Shown: positions 41,084 to 53,387 of the stretch, piece by piece
How the letters are laid out: every line of letters starts with the position of its first letter
Position numbering within the stretch: the stretch's first letter is position 1
NCBI GenBank assembly: GCA_963693365.1
Contig: CAVNZM010000017.1
Coordinates: forward strand, 1,999,276-2,063,275
Direction of reading: 5' to 3'
DNA length: 64,000 nucleotides
Source of the DNA: Amoebidium appalachense
Lineage: Eukaryota > Protista > Ichthyosporea
Notes under the pieces: generated by a model
What the model saw: only the letters and a program-made list of their open reading frames with translations
What the model was told of the DNA's origin: nothing
Databases searched by the model: none
Position numbers and translations under genes: made by a program

Positions 41084-41396
41084 TCATCCCCACCCCTGTT
41101 CCACCCACCCACCCACAATGCAACCAAGTAACCACCGCCACCAGCACCAACGAGATCCTCCTGTGACAGTCCCACCAGCAAGCCCCGATGACGTCATTCA
41201 TTCTAATGTGCTTCTCCGCACTGTGCACGTTCGTGTTGGCCCGTGACCCCTCTGCGTCCAAAACTCGATGGCGTATTTTCCCTCCGTCGCAAACCCGCGC
41301 CCATGCGCACGCAACCCACACCCCAAAAACACGCGAACCGTTCCAAATTCGACAGCACAAAAAAAAGAGAAGGGAAAGGAAATCCGCCCCAGCCAT
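39176..41396 (-). other. Possible orphan spliced gene or lncRNA divergent from PFL
   Basis: Short non-repetitive islands flanked by AG/GT (~41396-41340, 41250-41153, 40846-40799, 39879-39858, 39536-39519, 39378-39176) can be joined in frame, starting MAGADFLSLLFFLCC. No recognisable domain. Confidence 0.3.
40255..40712. repeat. Three copies of a ~36-bp core (gtc(t)aagtactagctaataagtgtg(tg)cgtggatgt) separated by microsatellites
   Basis: Copies at ~40302, ~40476 and ~40678. Confidence 0.8.
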
Positions 41397-42759
41397 TTAT
41401 ATAGTTTCTGGGACTGCTTTTGGAAAACCTAGGAGGCTCCAGGTTCTAGCAGAAGATACAGCCGGGGCGAGAGTGAACACGAATCCACAACGAAGGGAAT
41501 GGCCTAGAGAAGGGAAAGCTCCTTCTAGCGCGGCCTTCCCCTGCCAGCAAAATCGAACCGCTGGAAAGGAACGGGGTGACGTGAGCACATGGACCGGGGA
41601 ATGCGTACACCTGCTTTATGACCTATAACGATTGGATAATGAATTGAAGGGGGCAAATATTACGAGTGAGCCACGAGATTCTTGCACATTTGCAGACGGT
41701 CGTATCTGAAGAGCCTTTCAGGTATGTTTCTTCGAGCAAATTATACCTTTCTTCACCAATGGGTTAGAAAACTATTATCATTTTCTTTAAAACTAAAGAA
41801 AATTGTGGTATTTTTTAAAAAAATATATGGTAAGCCATACCATGATTGACCTCCAGAAAGCTATTGCAAGTGAGTTCGATGATAATGTTGCCACCTCTCA
41901 ACAATTGCCGAAAGAGCCAGAAACAGAAATCTATACTGATTGGTCGGAAGCGCATCTTATATAATGCCAATCTAAGCGCATGATAACTCAGACTAATCAA
42001 TAGAAATCCTCTTCTATATCGATGATCCCTGCACATGTACATCACTAAGAGTTAAGGTAAAACAATTGGCTGCAGAAATAGGCTGCAGAAATAGCGGGGA
42101 AAGCATGCAGCATACAGTTAAAGGTATTAACTATTGCTATGAATTTTTGAGAGTTTTCTTCTCCTTCTCCCTCCCACGCAAGGGCTTGTTGTATCTGCGC
42201 AGTGCCGGCTGCCCGGCGCATGGACAGTTGATCTTGTTACGGGATTACTAATGCTGGGCCCAGCAACTTGCCCCATGCAGTAACAGTTTCGGAAACAATA
42301 TATGATACTAAATTTGGGGTTCAATCGTTGTTGTATGTAGTATGGCAGATACATACGCCATGCTTGCATGTGCGCGGGTATCGAGCATTCACCGAGGAAC
42401 CAGTTTTTGAATCCGTGCACAAGATCCAAGTGATCTTTGCCGCAAGGACATTGATACTCGTGGCTGAGAACCCTTGCCATGGCCAAAACACCCAAGAGCC
42501 AAACATTATTATTTAGGCATGCAAATCTATCAAGGTTGTTTATAGCAATCATTCGAAGCTATATTGCAGGTAGTGTGGAGCTCTGGGCCCTTCTTTCACA
42601 TATTCGCGAGTCCGCAACCGGACCCGTCCGGGCAAGTTGCCCTGCGCAACTTCCCACCGCAGAAGTTTTTGTTTTGAAAAATCGGGTGCGTTTTCCGCCA
42701 ACCAAGATTCGATGCTTCGGAAAATAGTTACAAAAAGAATTCTAAAATGTCATGGGTCG

Positions 42760-43030
42760 GCAATAGAATCCTTGTTCTATCCTGCATCTATTGGCTGATC
42801 ACCACGGGCTCGATGGTTGTTCTAAGGGGTGGCAAACCAGCCTTTTCTTCAGTTCAGTCGCTATCCAATCACAATCCAATATTTTCTAATCTGCCGAGCG
42901 ATTGGCTTATTCAAACAATACCAACCATATCAGGTTGGTATTCCGCATACTTTGATTGGGATATTATCATTCTCTACTTTTGCTGCCGGGTGACTCAAAG
43001 GAAATTTCGAGTCCGTCAGCCAGTATAAAG
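42760..43030 (+). promoter_or_regulatory. PFL promoter: multiple CCAAT/ATTGG boxes and a TATA-like element
   Basis: ATTGG/CCAAT near 42790, 42865, 42901 and 42955; GTATAAAG at ~43023, about 80 bp upstream of the ATG. Confidence 0.45.
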
Positions 43031-43106
43031 CGAAGTTCAGCCATCCGGCTCAGTCAGATTTCAAGCGGACAAATAGTCGTCCAACCGAGTCGGAGAAAAA
43101 GCCACA

Positions 43107-46106
43107 ATGTTACGCACTTCCGGTGTTCGTGCCGCAACCGCCTTGTCGCCTCTGGCGAGACAAGCGCTGGTGCAGGGCGCTCCTGTTATGTACCACGTTG
43201 CACGCCGCCTGATGCACACTATCGATGTGAGTGGATGGGTTTCCAAGAACGTCACTCCCTACGAGGGCAACGCAGATTTCCTGGCGCCTGCCACAGACCG
43301 CACCAAGAACGTGTGGAAGAAATGCCGTGAGCTTCTTGACCAAGAAATCAAGAACGGTGTTCTTGACGTCGACCCCAAAACCGTAAGCGGTATCACGTCC
43401 CATGCCGCAGGCTACATTGACAAGGACTCAGAGGTGATTGTGGGCTTGCAGACCGACGGCCCACTTAAGCGTGGTATCAAGCCCTACGGTGGCATCAGCA
43501 TGGTCAAGCAAGCGTGCGAGGCCTATGGTTACACTCTCGATCCCCAGGTCATCGACATCTTTACCAAGTATCGCAAGACCCACAACGCCGGCGTCTTTGA
43601 CGTTTACTCTGAGGAAATGCGCAAGGCGCGCTCCAACGGTATTGTTACCGGTCTGCCTGACGCGTATGGGCGTGGCCGTATCATTGGTGACAGCCGTCGT
43701 GTGGCACTCTACGGTATTGACCAGCTGATTCAGTGGAAGAGAGAGGACAAGAAAGAACTGGACAAGAAGCCCAAGCTTGATGACACCATCCGTCTGGCGT
43801 AAGTTTTTCCGTGCATGTTGTTGTGTCTTGGTGGGCCTTTCGTCAGTTTTCTCGTGCGGTGTCAACAACTCCCTCCCTTTCAAGATTTTTCGGTCGTGGT
43901 TTTTTTTGTGCTTGTTTATATATATACTCAGTTTTTCTTGCTTCATGAGTCATTGAAATGTGCTTTTCCAGCCTTATGCATTGAAATTTGTATGTGGTGG
44001 TTTTTTTGTGCTTGTTCATACTATTAGCCTCTGTTTTTCTTGTTTTGTTATTCAATGAATGTGCTTTTCCACCCCAAATCAATGCCTTGGGTTTTTCCTC
44101 TTCACCTATACAACTGTTAACCACACCGCCCATGTCAAATTTAAATGCTAACAATCGGGCACTTTGTTCTAGTAGTAATTCACTCAAACCACGTTCTTTT
44201 TGCTCATTTTTTTTTCTTTTTTTCACCATGCAGGGAGGAGATCAGCGAGCAGATCAAGGCCCTCGAGGAGCTCAAGGAGCTAGGCAAGATCTACGGCGGT
44301 TTCGACCTTGCTCGTCCGGCCCAGAACGCACGCGAGGCCATCCAGTGGCTCTACTTTGGCTATCTTGCAGCCATCAAGCAACAGGACGGTGCAGCAATGT
44401 CCATCGGCCGCATCGACTCCTTCCTCGACACCTACATTGAGAAGGACCTGAAGGAAGGGCGGCTGACAGAGTCGAAGGCGCAGGAGATGATTGACGACTT
44501 TGTTATCAAGCTGCGTCTTGTGCGCCACCTGCGCACTCCGGAATACAACGACCTGTTTGCCGGAGATCCGACCTGGGTGACCCTCTCCCTTGCCGGCACC
44601 GACGCCTGCAGGCGCCCATTGGTCACCAAGACCACCTTCCGTTTCCTTCAGACCCTCTACAACCTCGGGCCCGCCCCGGAGCCCAACATCACCGTTCTGT
44701 GGGCCCAGAACCTTCCCCAGGGGTTCAAAGAGTTCTGCGCCAAGGCCAGCGTCGACACCTCCTCTGTGCAGTATGAGAACGACGACCAGATGCGCAAACA
44801 CTACGGCACGGACTACGGCATTGCCTGCTGTGTCTCCGGTATGGCTATGGGCAAGCAGATGCAGTTCTTTGGTGCACGCTGCAACCTTGCCAAGCTTCTT
44901 CTTTACTCTATGAACGGCGGCAAGGACGAGGTTACCGGCAAGCAGGTTGGGCCCAAGTTCATTGCACCCACCGACGGCCCGCTCAAGTACGACCAGGTGA
45001 TGAAGAACTACGACACGGCTATGGATTGGATGGCGGAGCTGTACGTCAACACCATGAACTGCATCCACTACATGCACGACAAGTATTGCTACGAGAGCAT
45101 CCAGATGGCCCTGCACGATTCCAACGTCGACCGTCTCATGGCTTTTGGTGTCGCTGGTCTCTCTGTCGTTGCCGACTCTCTCTCTGCTATCAAGTACGCA
45201 CAGGTTACACCCGTGCGCGACCCCAAAACCGGAATCACTACCGCATTTGACATCAAGGGAGACTTCCCCAAGTACGGCAACGATGATCTCCGTGTGGACG
45301 CCATTGCCAGTGAAGTTGTGCAGAAGTTCTCCGACAAGCTCAAGCAGCACCCCACCTACCGCAATGCCAAGCACACCCTCTCCGTTCTCACCATCACCTC
45401 CAATGTCGTCTACGGCCGCAAGACTGGCTCCACCCCCGACGGCCGCATTAAGGGTGAGGCTTTTGCCCCCGGTGCCAACCCCATGCACGGCCGCGACACG
45501 CAGGGTGCCCTTGCATCCCTTAACTCCGTTGCCCAGCTTCCCTATGACGCCTGCCTGGACGGTATTAGCAACACGTTCTCTATTGTCCCCACTACGCTGG
45601 GTAAGACTTCCGAGGATCGTCTGAAGAACCTGAGCGCACTTCTTGACGGATACTTTGAGAAGGGTGCACACCACCTGAACGTGAATGTGCTGAACCGCGA
45701 GACACTCGAAGATGCCATGGCCCACCCTGAGAACTACCCCCAGCTGACCATCCGTGTCAGGTGTGTATTCTGTCTCTCTCTCCTATCATTATACACATAT
45801 GCCGCACGCAAAAACACTCAACAGTTGATCTTGTCTTGCGTCTCCTGTGCCCTCCTTCCCGTCCAAAATGCACACACATTTCCCCCTCCGCCCTCCTCTT
45901 CTCCCTGCAGCGCAGAAGAAAGGGGTTTTTTAGTCGGACATGCAATTTTAGAGTCTAATAAGTGTTTTTGTTTTTGTGCAACATCTTTTGAAAAATATGC
46001 TAACAAAGTTTTTTCTCCCTTCAGTGGTTACGCCGTCAACTTTGTGCGCCTGACTCCCGCTCAGCAGCGCGAAGTGATTGCCCGTACCTTCCACGACTCC
46101 ATGTAA
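43107..46106 (+). CDS. PFL: Pyruvate formate-lyase (formate C-acetyltransferase) with N-terminal mitochondrial presequence, 3 exons
   Basis: Exons 43107-43798, 44234-45760, 46025-46106. Motifs: [33 protein letters not shown], active-site [17 protein letters not shown], glycyl-radical [14 protein letters not shown]-terminus [25 protein letters not shown] is Arg/Ala-rich and acid-free. Confidence 0.97.
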
Positions 46107-46516
46107 ATATGCAAAGCCAGAAGTGAATTTGCAGCGAAAACTTTTAGATAATTTTGTTGTGTGATACATTAATGATGAATTTAAGAAATCTTATTCTAGA
46201 TTGTCTTGTATTCGTCATTTTACCTATGAAATGTAGGACAAATATAAGGTGCAGATCTATGCTCTTATTTCGCATGAGAAAATAGTGTTTTAGTCTTATT
46301 GTATGACTTTCAAGAATAGCGCTAAAATTCTGAGGGGAATGACTTGCCCTCTGTGTGGGGGGAAATAAGAACACGAACGCGCGAATTCAGTTAGGAATGA
46401 CTGTAGGTGTGGGATTTCTTACCGGCGTGTGATTATTTCCGATGATTTCTCCTTCGAATTAGCCTGAATAACTCGATAATAAATATATTCGAAATTGCTT
46501 CTAGGCGTTCGAATGC

Positions 46517-46554
<38 letters not shown>

Positions 46555-47295
46555 TCCCCCCCCCCCCCCCCCCCCCCCCATCTGCTCTGCACCCATCCAC
46601 CACCACCATTACTGAAAAAATACATGCGAACACACAGCACACAAAACCACTTCACATGCACCTATCATGACAAGTACCCCCCCCCCCCCCCCCCCCCCCT
46701 CTTTCCCCCGACGGAATAGAGCTACATTCCTGCGTTCCACAACCACACATCCATTCGCCACTCTTACGATTCCCCCCACACACACACACACGCACACACA
46801 CACACTCTCTTTCTCTCCCGCTGGGGCGACCACCACCACCACCACCACAAACACAAAATACACGCACACACACGCACACACACACACACTTATTATCGCT
46901 CACAAGTGCATAAGATTATCAAATCTTATACTAAAAAAAGAAACAAGAGGAAATAAAGAATAAAGTAAATTAGTATAATGGGAAAAAGAATGATTAATTA
47001 AAAACGTAAAAATAGAAAAAATCCTAAATAGGAAAAAATAATAAGCTAATGAAAGAAGTAATAATGATTTTCTTCCTAAATATATAATATTATCAAATCT
47101 TATCCTAGGAATATAAGCAAGAGTAGATAAAAAATAAGAAAGAGGAACAAGAGGATATAAAGAATCTGATGTGGTTTATCATCACTCCTCCTGCCCTCCT
47201 CCCCTCCCCCTTCCCCCCTGACCCCTCCCCCGACGTAATAAGTCTATTATTACATTCCTGGGTTCCACAACCACACCACATCCCTTCACCACACA

Positions 47296-47341
<46 letters not shown>

Positions 47342-47473
47342 ACACACATGCACGCACGCACATACACACACTTTTGCTGCAACACCTGCAAGCACACATA
47401 TACCCCCTAGCCGATGCAGAACGTTTACCTCAAGTACTTTCCCGCGTTGTGCATGTAGCCCCCTCCCCCGAGG

Positions 47474-47762
47474 TAGGTCTATACGAAGGAAGCCCTAGGT
47501 ATAGGGAGATCGGATGATAACCGGCTAAAAAAATACAATAATTGATAATAATTTACAAAAATTAAAAACATAAACCCAATAACCATAACCCTATGTGTGT
47601 CTGGGCCCGAAATGGGGGGGCTGCCGCCCCCCCAACCCCCGCTAAAGGGGCCTGACGGCCCCTTTATGTCGCTTGGGGATCGAATCGTTCTCCCCTGATT
47701 TTACGTCATCGGATCGTGTTTTGTCCAATCAGGTGCGCGGGGACTTCCGGCGTATGGACTTA
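47474..47762. mobile_element. MITE-like element with ~22-bp imperfect TIRs and an internal perfect hairpin
   Basis: Left TAGGTCTATACGAAGGAAGCCC; right reverse complement TAAGTCCATACGCCGGAAGTCCC; TA at both ends. Internal TAAAGGGGCC-TGAC-GGCCCCTTTA hairpin at ~47643-47666. Confidence 0.55.
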
Positions 47763-47800
47763 GGTGCCCTCCCCCCCCCCCCCCCCCCCCTCTCCACCCC

Positions 47801-47844
<44 letters not shown>

Positions 47845-48219
47845 TTCGTCCCTTTCAAATGAAAACCCTCACATTACAAAAGGTCGCAATGGCTACAACA
47901 TGCACACACAGAAATCCACCCCACAAGTAACCAAAGGAGGCTAGGAATAGCATATTTTCAGCATGATACTCCATCTTGGCCCCGTCCTCCCCTGCCCCAC
48001 TCCGGGCCCCCCAATCCCTTTCCCCCCTGCCCTTTCCGCCCAACACACACACACTCACTCACTCACTCATCCGCCCACCCCCGGGCACCTTCATCTTCCG
48101 TCCGGCAAACCCCTGCCTCCCCTTTCGACGCACACTCACATGCTCCTTCACCTGAGGCTTTTCCTCTAACCACATGCCACCCCGCCCCTCGCCCTCCCCC
48201 CCTCCCCCCCCACACCCAT

Positions 48220-48252
<33 letters not shown>

Positions 48253-48515
48253 GATCGATATCAATAGCCCTCCCTCGGAAGGAATTCTATCCAGGGCGCC
48301 TTCTTTTGAAGCCTCTTTTTAGTTTTTTCCATGTATCTTCGCTTTCTGTAATCCTTTGTTTTCCACTTGCACGGGGAGCACGGGGACTCTGCCCGTGTAT
48401 TCGTACCAGTGCACAGCTCCAAGCTCCAAGCTCTTTACCATCCCTCTCCTCACTTGCTTCACCGCTTCGAATTCAAACACATATGCATTCACTGTCTCGT
48501 ATCTCCCCCTCCCAT

Positions 48516-48555
<40 letters not shown>

Positions 48556-48805
48556 CACACACACACACACACACACACATGGACAAAATACCATGATTCC
48601 TGTCCAAGACCAAGAATTCTCTGAAACCAATCATCCAATCGCATCACTCCGAAAATAGTATTTGTAACTGGTGTATAGTGTGTGCATTTCTCTATTTCGT
48701 TGATCCTACTCGTCAACGTCAAACACTAATAGCGACTACTCCCCCCCCCCCCCCCCCCCCTCTTCCCCCTCCCCCTTCCCCCCTCCAACACCCCCTCCCC
48801 CCCCC

Positions 48806-48837
<32 letters not shown>

Positions 48838-49490
48838 CCCCTCCTAGGTCACAAACATCTAATTACCCCGGCCCCCAGGCTAATTAGAGACGGAGACTTC
48901 CCTGCCAGAATGCCTCAATACATCCTCCGATCTTCACATCCCTACCTCTAAGACTTCCTCGTTCATTTCCATCACCCCAGGGGCTCCTACCCACTACTTT
49001 CCCTCCCTCCCTCTCCCCTCGCCTCCCCCCCCCCCCCCCCCCCCCCCCTTCCCCCCTCGGCATCGCCGTCTTGAATCGATTCCCAGGCCTCTGTTCTATC
49101 CCCCCCCCCACCCAACCCCACCCCCCCCACACACACACACACCCTCGCCCCTTCCCCCTCTCCCAACCCACATTGATATTCAAACCCTTACCGTTCCAAC
49201 TACTCGAGCCTTCCCCCGGGGCAATGCATATTATATTATGTATGCTTACAATGCATATTATAACGGCATACATATCCCCTCCCTGGCTAGTGGGACCATG
49301 CAGAACTTCAGCCAAGCTAGCAACACAGCTGAATTAGGGAGGGCTCCATAGCACCTCATGGAGAATTTCTATCGATCTGGATTTCGCAAACAAATAGAAA
49401 GTTTGAACATGTTGGTCTCATCCCGTGCGTGAGCAGACACATGTGGGGTCATGGTGTTTCCTTAAAGAGCGATTTGGCCAGGAGGTGGGT

Positions 49491-49521
<31 letters not shown>

Positions 49522-49544
49522 GGGAGGGAGGGATGGATTGGGGT

Positions 49545-49613
<69 letters not shown>

Positions 49614-50460
49614 ACTTGTGTGTGTGTTCGAGGGGAGAGGGGGGGGGGGGAGGGGGGGGGGGAGGTCAGAGAGTCCGAAGTAAAATTCTATTAAAAAGCA
49701 TCACTTTGAAATGCACAGCACCGTATACGTAACTTCATCATTTACTCAGGGACTATAGTTCAATTAGAAACATACCCAACCAATTTCAGGAGAGCTCACC
49801 ACATGGAGAAATTTCTCACTAGTAATTAGTTCCACGCGTTTTGACACTGTTAGGATGATTTTTTAACATATGATGCATCATGGAGTTACCGTATTGTCTC
49901 CAGCTTCTTCAGTGGGTCATGGTAGGTGAAGGGGGAGGTAGGTGGTGGTGGTGGTGGTGGTGGTGGGGGGAGGGAGGGGGGAGGGGGGGCCTGGAAGGGA
50001 GCGACCAATGCCTAGGGGAGTGGATGAAAAGTGATTTGCACAGTATGCATATATGTGAATTTTTCTATGATTCTTTCAGGGAAGTTGGGACGGGAGGGGG
50101 GGTTGAAGGGTTGGGGGGGGGGGGGGGGGGGGGGGGGGGAGGGGGGGGGGGATGTGTCATTGAGTCACTCTACTAGGCGGCATATGCAAAACTCACTGCA
50201 TGTTTTTTGGCTGGGTGGGTGGGTGTCAGATCTGGCCAGAAGTGGTCTGCACGTCGAATTCGAAAAAGGGGGGGGGGGGGGGGGGGGGGGGGGGAGGCCC
50301 TGATGGGGAGGGGGATAAGAGCCAGAACCTCGAGAGTGGGAGAGTGAAAGAAAGGGCTAGAGTGCTTTGGTGTGTTCCCCCCCCCCCCCCCCCCCCCCCC
50401 CAGGCCCCCCCCCCTCCCCCCCCCCCCCCCCCCCCCCCCCCCCCTTCTTGGCTCCTTTCG

Positions 50461-50580
50461 TCCACCTCCCACATTGATGCATGTACATCCATTCTAGAAT
50501 TAGAATACCACACATTAGCCGTCCACCTCCCACATTGATGCATGTACATCCATTCTAGAATTAGAATACCACACATTAGC
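50461..50580. repeat. Direct tandem duplication of ~60 bp
   Basis: tccacctcccacattgatgcatgtacatccattctagaattagaataccacacattagcc occurs twice in tandem. Confidence 0.9.
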
Positions 50581-50587
50581 CCCCAGG

Positions 50588-50633
<46 letters not shown>

Positions 50634-51043
50634 ACACATTGACACGAAGGCACCAACCAGCCGCAAAAATGGTTGCCACACACACTGCACACACAACTAT
50701 GCGTAATTGCTCACCGCAAGATCGGGTTGAGCCGCTCGCATTAGTACACCAAGTTGTTAACTTGCACAAGTTCAACTTTGTAACATTTGCCTTCGTTTAT
50801 TTGCGGTGTAATATCTACCATCACCCCGCCCGGGGTGAAGACATAACGTAATTCCCCCTTACATGAGACTGGTCCTTGTGCCTCGAATTAAGAGTGTAAA
50901 ATCCTACATAACTTGACAAACGGTGTAGATTCATTGACATAACAATGATTTACTCCTCAAGCAAAAGACTTGATAGATGTGTCATATTTCGAACAACTGT
51001 ACGTAAATTGAGCATGTGCTTTATGAGGAAGCCGTGTGCGAGT

Positions 51044-51092
<49 letters not shown>

Positions 51093-51215
51093 TGTGTGTC
51101 TGCGCATGCAGTTGCACGTCTGTGTGTCTCCGTGTACCCCTGTGTGTGTCTGTATGTACTTTTCTGTGGGTGGGTTTTTGTATGTGGGTTTTTGTATGCG
51201 CGCGTGCGCGCACGC

Positions 51216-51247
<32 letters not shown>

Positions 51248-51559
51248 CGCGCGCGGGTGTGTGTGTTTGGATGTCTGTGCGCACCTATCATCACCATGTT
51301 CCATGTTGATTTGTTTTTGCATACTTCACACGGATAGGGATGGAAGGATCAGATCAAGACAGTACGACAATGAAGGAAATAAAGGAAAGGAAGAAGAAGA
51401 ACCGGGACCTACATCACTGCAAAAAAAAAAAAGGCACAACATTGGAGGAACAAACAAGAAAAATCGGTTGAATAGCAAAAAAAATAAAAATAAAAAACTA
51501 AATAAAGAATGAATAAAATATAACCTAAAGTATGACAAAATGAGAAAACCAACACGTCA

Positions 51560-51853
51560 TCACCATTCCTCCTCCTTGTTGGGGTCCCGTGGCTTCCAAT
51601 TGCGCATGAATTTTTGAATATCCGCAGCCATTTCCTCCGCAGATGAATTTTGGCCGTAAAATGCCGAAAATATCCCCTGGGGATCCATCAGGTAGATGAT
51701 GATCGAATGGTCCACTGGTGGTGGTGGTGGTGGTGGGGGGGGGGGGGGGGGGGGGTTAGAATGGGAGAAACTGTACGAAAAACAAAAGGCAAAACCGGAT
51801 ACTTGCAGTTTGGACACCAAAGTAAGGGAGATATGGAGATATGGAGATGGAGA

Positions 51854-51942
<89 letters not shown>

Positions 51943-52378
51943 TGTGTGTGTGCGCGCGTGTGTGCGCATGTGTACATGCCATTGGATGGGTGTGTGCGTG
52001 TTTGTGCGTGTTTGTGTGTGTGTGTGTGTGCGCGCGCGTGTGCGTGTGCACACTCTCATTTGGTATGCGCTCCAGAGTTTAGAATGTGTGTATGTGTGTG
52101 TGTGTTCCCCGGAGGAGGGGTTAGAAGGATGGGGGGGGAGAGGGGGGTGGGGAGGGGAGGGGGGAGGAGGGGGGATTCCAAGACACCCAGACATACCGAT
52201 ATAGTCCATGGGGTTATCACTCATTGGTGGGCCCTCGGAGATGTGCACACGGTAGGCCTTGGCTAGTTTCTCAAGATCCTCTCGGGGGCCAGTCAGGCCA
52301 AGAAGGCGTGGGTGGAAATCTGTGTGTGTGTGTGTGTGTGTTGGGGGGGGGGGGGGGGGGGGGGGGGGGAGGTTAGGG

Positions 52379-52411
<33 letters not shown>

Positions 52412-52830
52412 GTTGCGCGCATGTGTCTGTGGTTCGTGCACGCGCTTAGGTTAGTACGGGGGGGGGGGGGGGGGGGGGGGGTGTTATCACAGTTCAAGCC
52501 GTTAGATGAAACATATCCGAACTAGAACTATCCCACCCACTCATAACAAAACTAAAACAATGAAAGGTAAGACAATAGTTAAAGACTGTCTAGAACAGCA
52601 AGGGGTGCATAAATCACGGAAACGTGTGTGTGCATGCAACTGTGAATGTCTTGTGCCAATGTGGGTGTGAGCAAGTGTTCCTTTCGTGCGCATGTAACTG
52701 TAATATATGTGTGTGTGCCTGTGTCTGTGCAAGTGCATGTGTGTCCGTGTGAGAGTGTGTGCTTGTGTTTGTCCCTGTGTGTTTCCCTTTCTTTCTTTCT
52801 TCGTCCCTCTGTCTCTCTCTCCCCCCCCCC

Positions 52831-52880
<50 letters not shown>

Positions 52881-53321
52881 ACACACACCTTTTTTTTTCT
52901 CTTTTTTTTTGTGTGTGTGTGTATTGTTATTATTGTTGTTATTGTTACCTTTTGGGGGGAGGGGGGGGGGGGGGAGGGGGGGGGAGGGGGGGGGGGGGGG
53001 GGGGGTCACCTTTTACGTATTTGTTGATGACCTCCACGGTGTCTCTCTTCGGGTCGATGGAAATGAACAGCGGCTGCACCTTGTCGGCCACCTTGGCCTT
53101 CTCCAGCCGGTCCAATACATCCGCCATCTATTGTTCCGCCGTTAGCTTCATATGCTAATAATAGCACTAGGTGACTGTATTGCAGCTCTACCCGTGCCCC
53201 CCCCCCCCCCCCCCCCAAAAGCTTTGTCAGAGCGTACATGCAAACAAAAAGCTGCCGTGCCGTCACTGCAATGGGAAGAACCCAGACAGGGGCTGGTAAA
53301 GTGGTGGTGGTGGTGGTGGTG

Positions 53322-53387
<66 letters not shown>

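Noticed and set aside
42127-42552. 141-aa ORF upstream of PFL as a possible PFL activase
   Set aside because: No radical-SAM CxxxCxxC motif or coding-like composition.
44280-45725. 481-aa antisense ORF
   Set aside because: Shadow of the biased codon usage of PFL.
44145-46106. 653-aa single ORF taken as the PFL protein
   Set aside because: It includes intron sequence at its start and the 264-nt second intron; the spliced model restores the conserved motifs.
43107-46106. Bacterial contamination or endogenous virus
   Set aside because: Spliceosomal introns and a presequence are present; no viral hallmark genes were seen in the window.
46400-51500. Hidden gene between PFL and SCO1
   Set aside because: Only simple repeats, local duplications and a MITE; no phase-consistent exons found.
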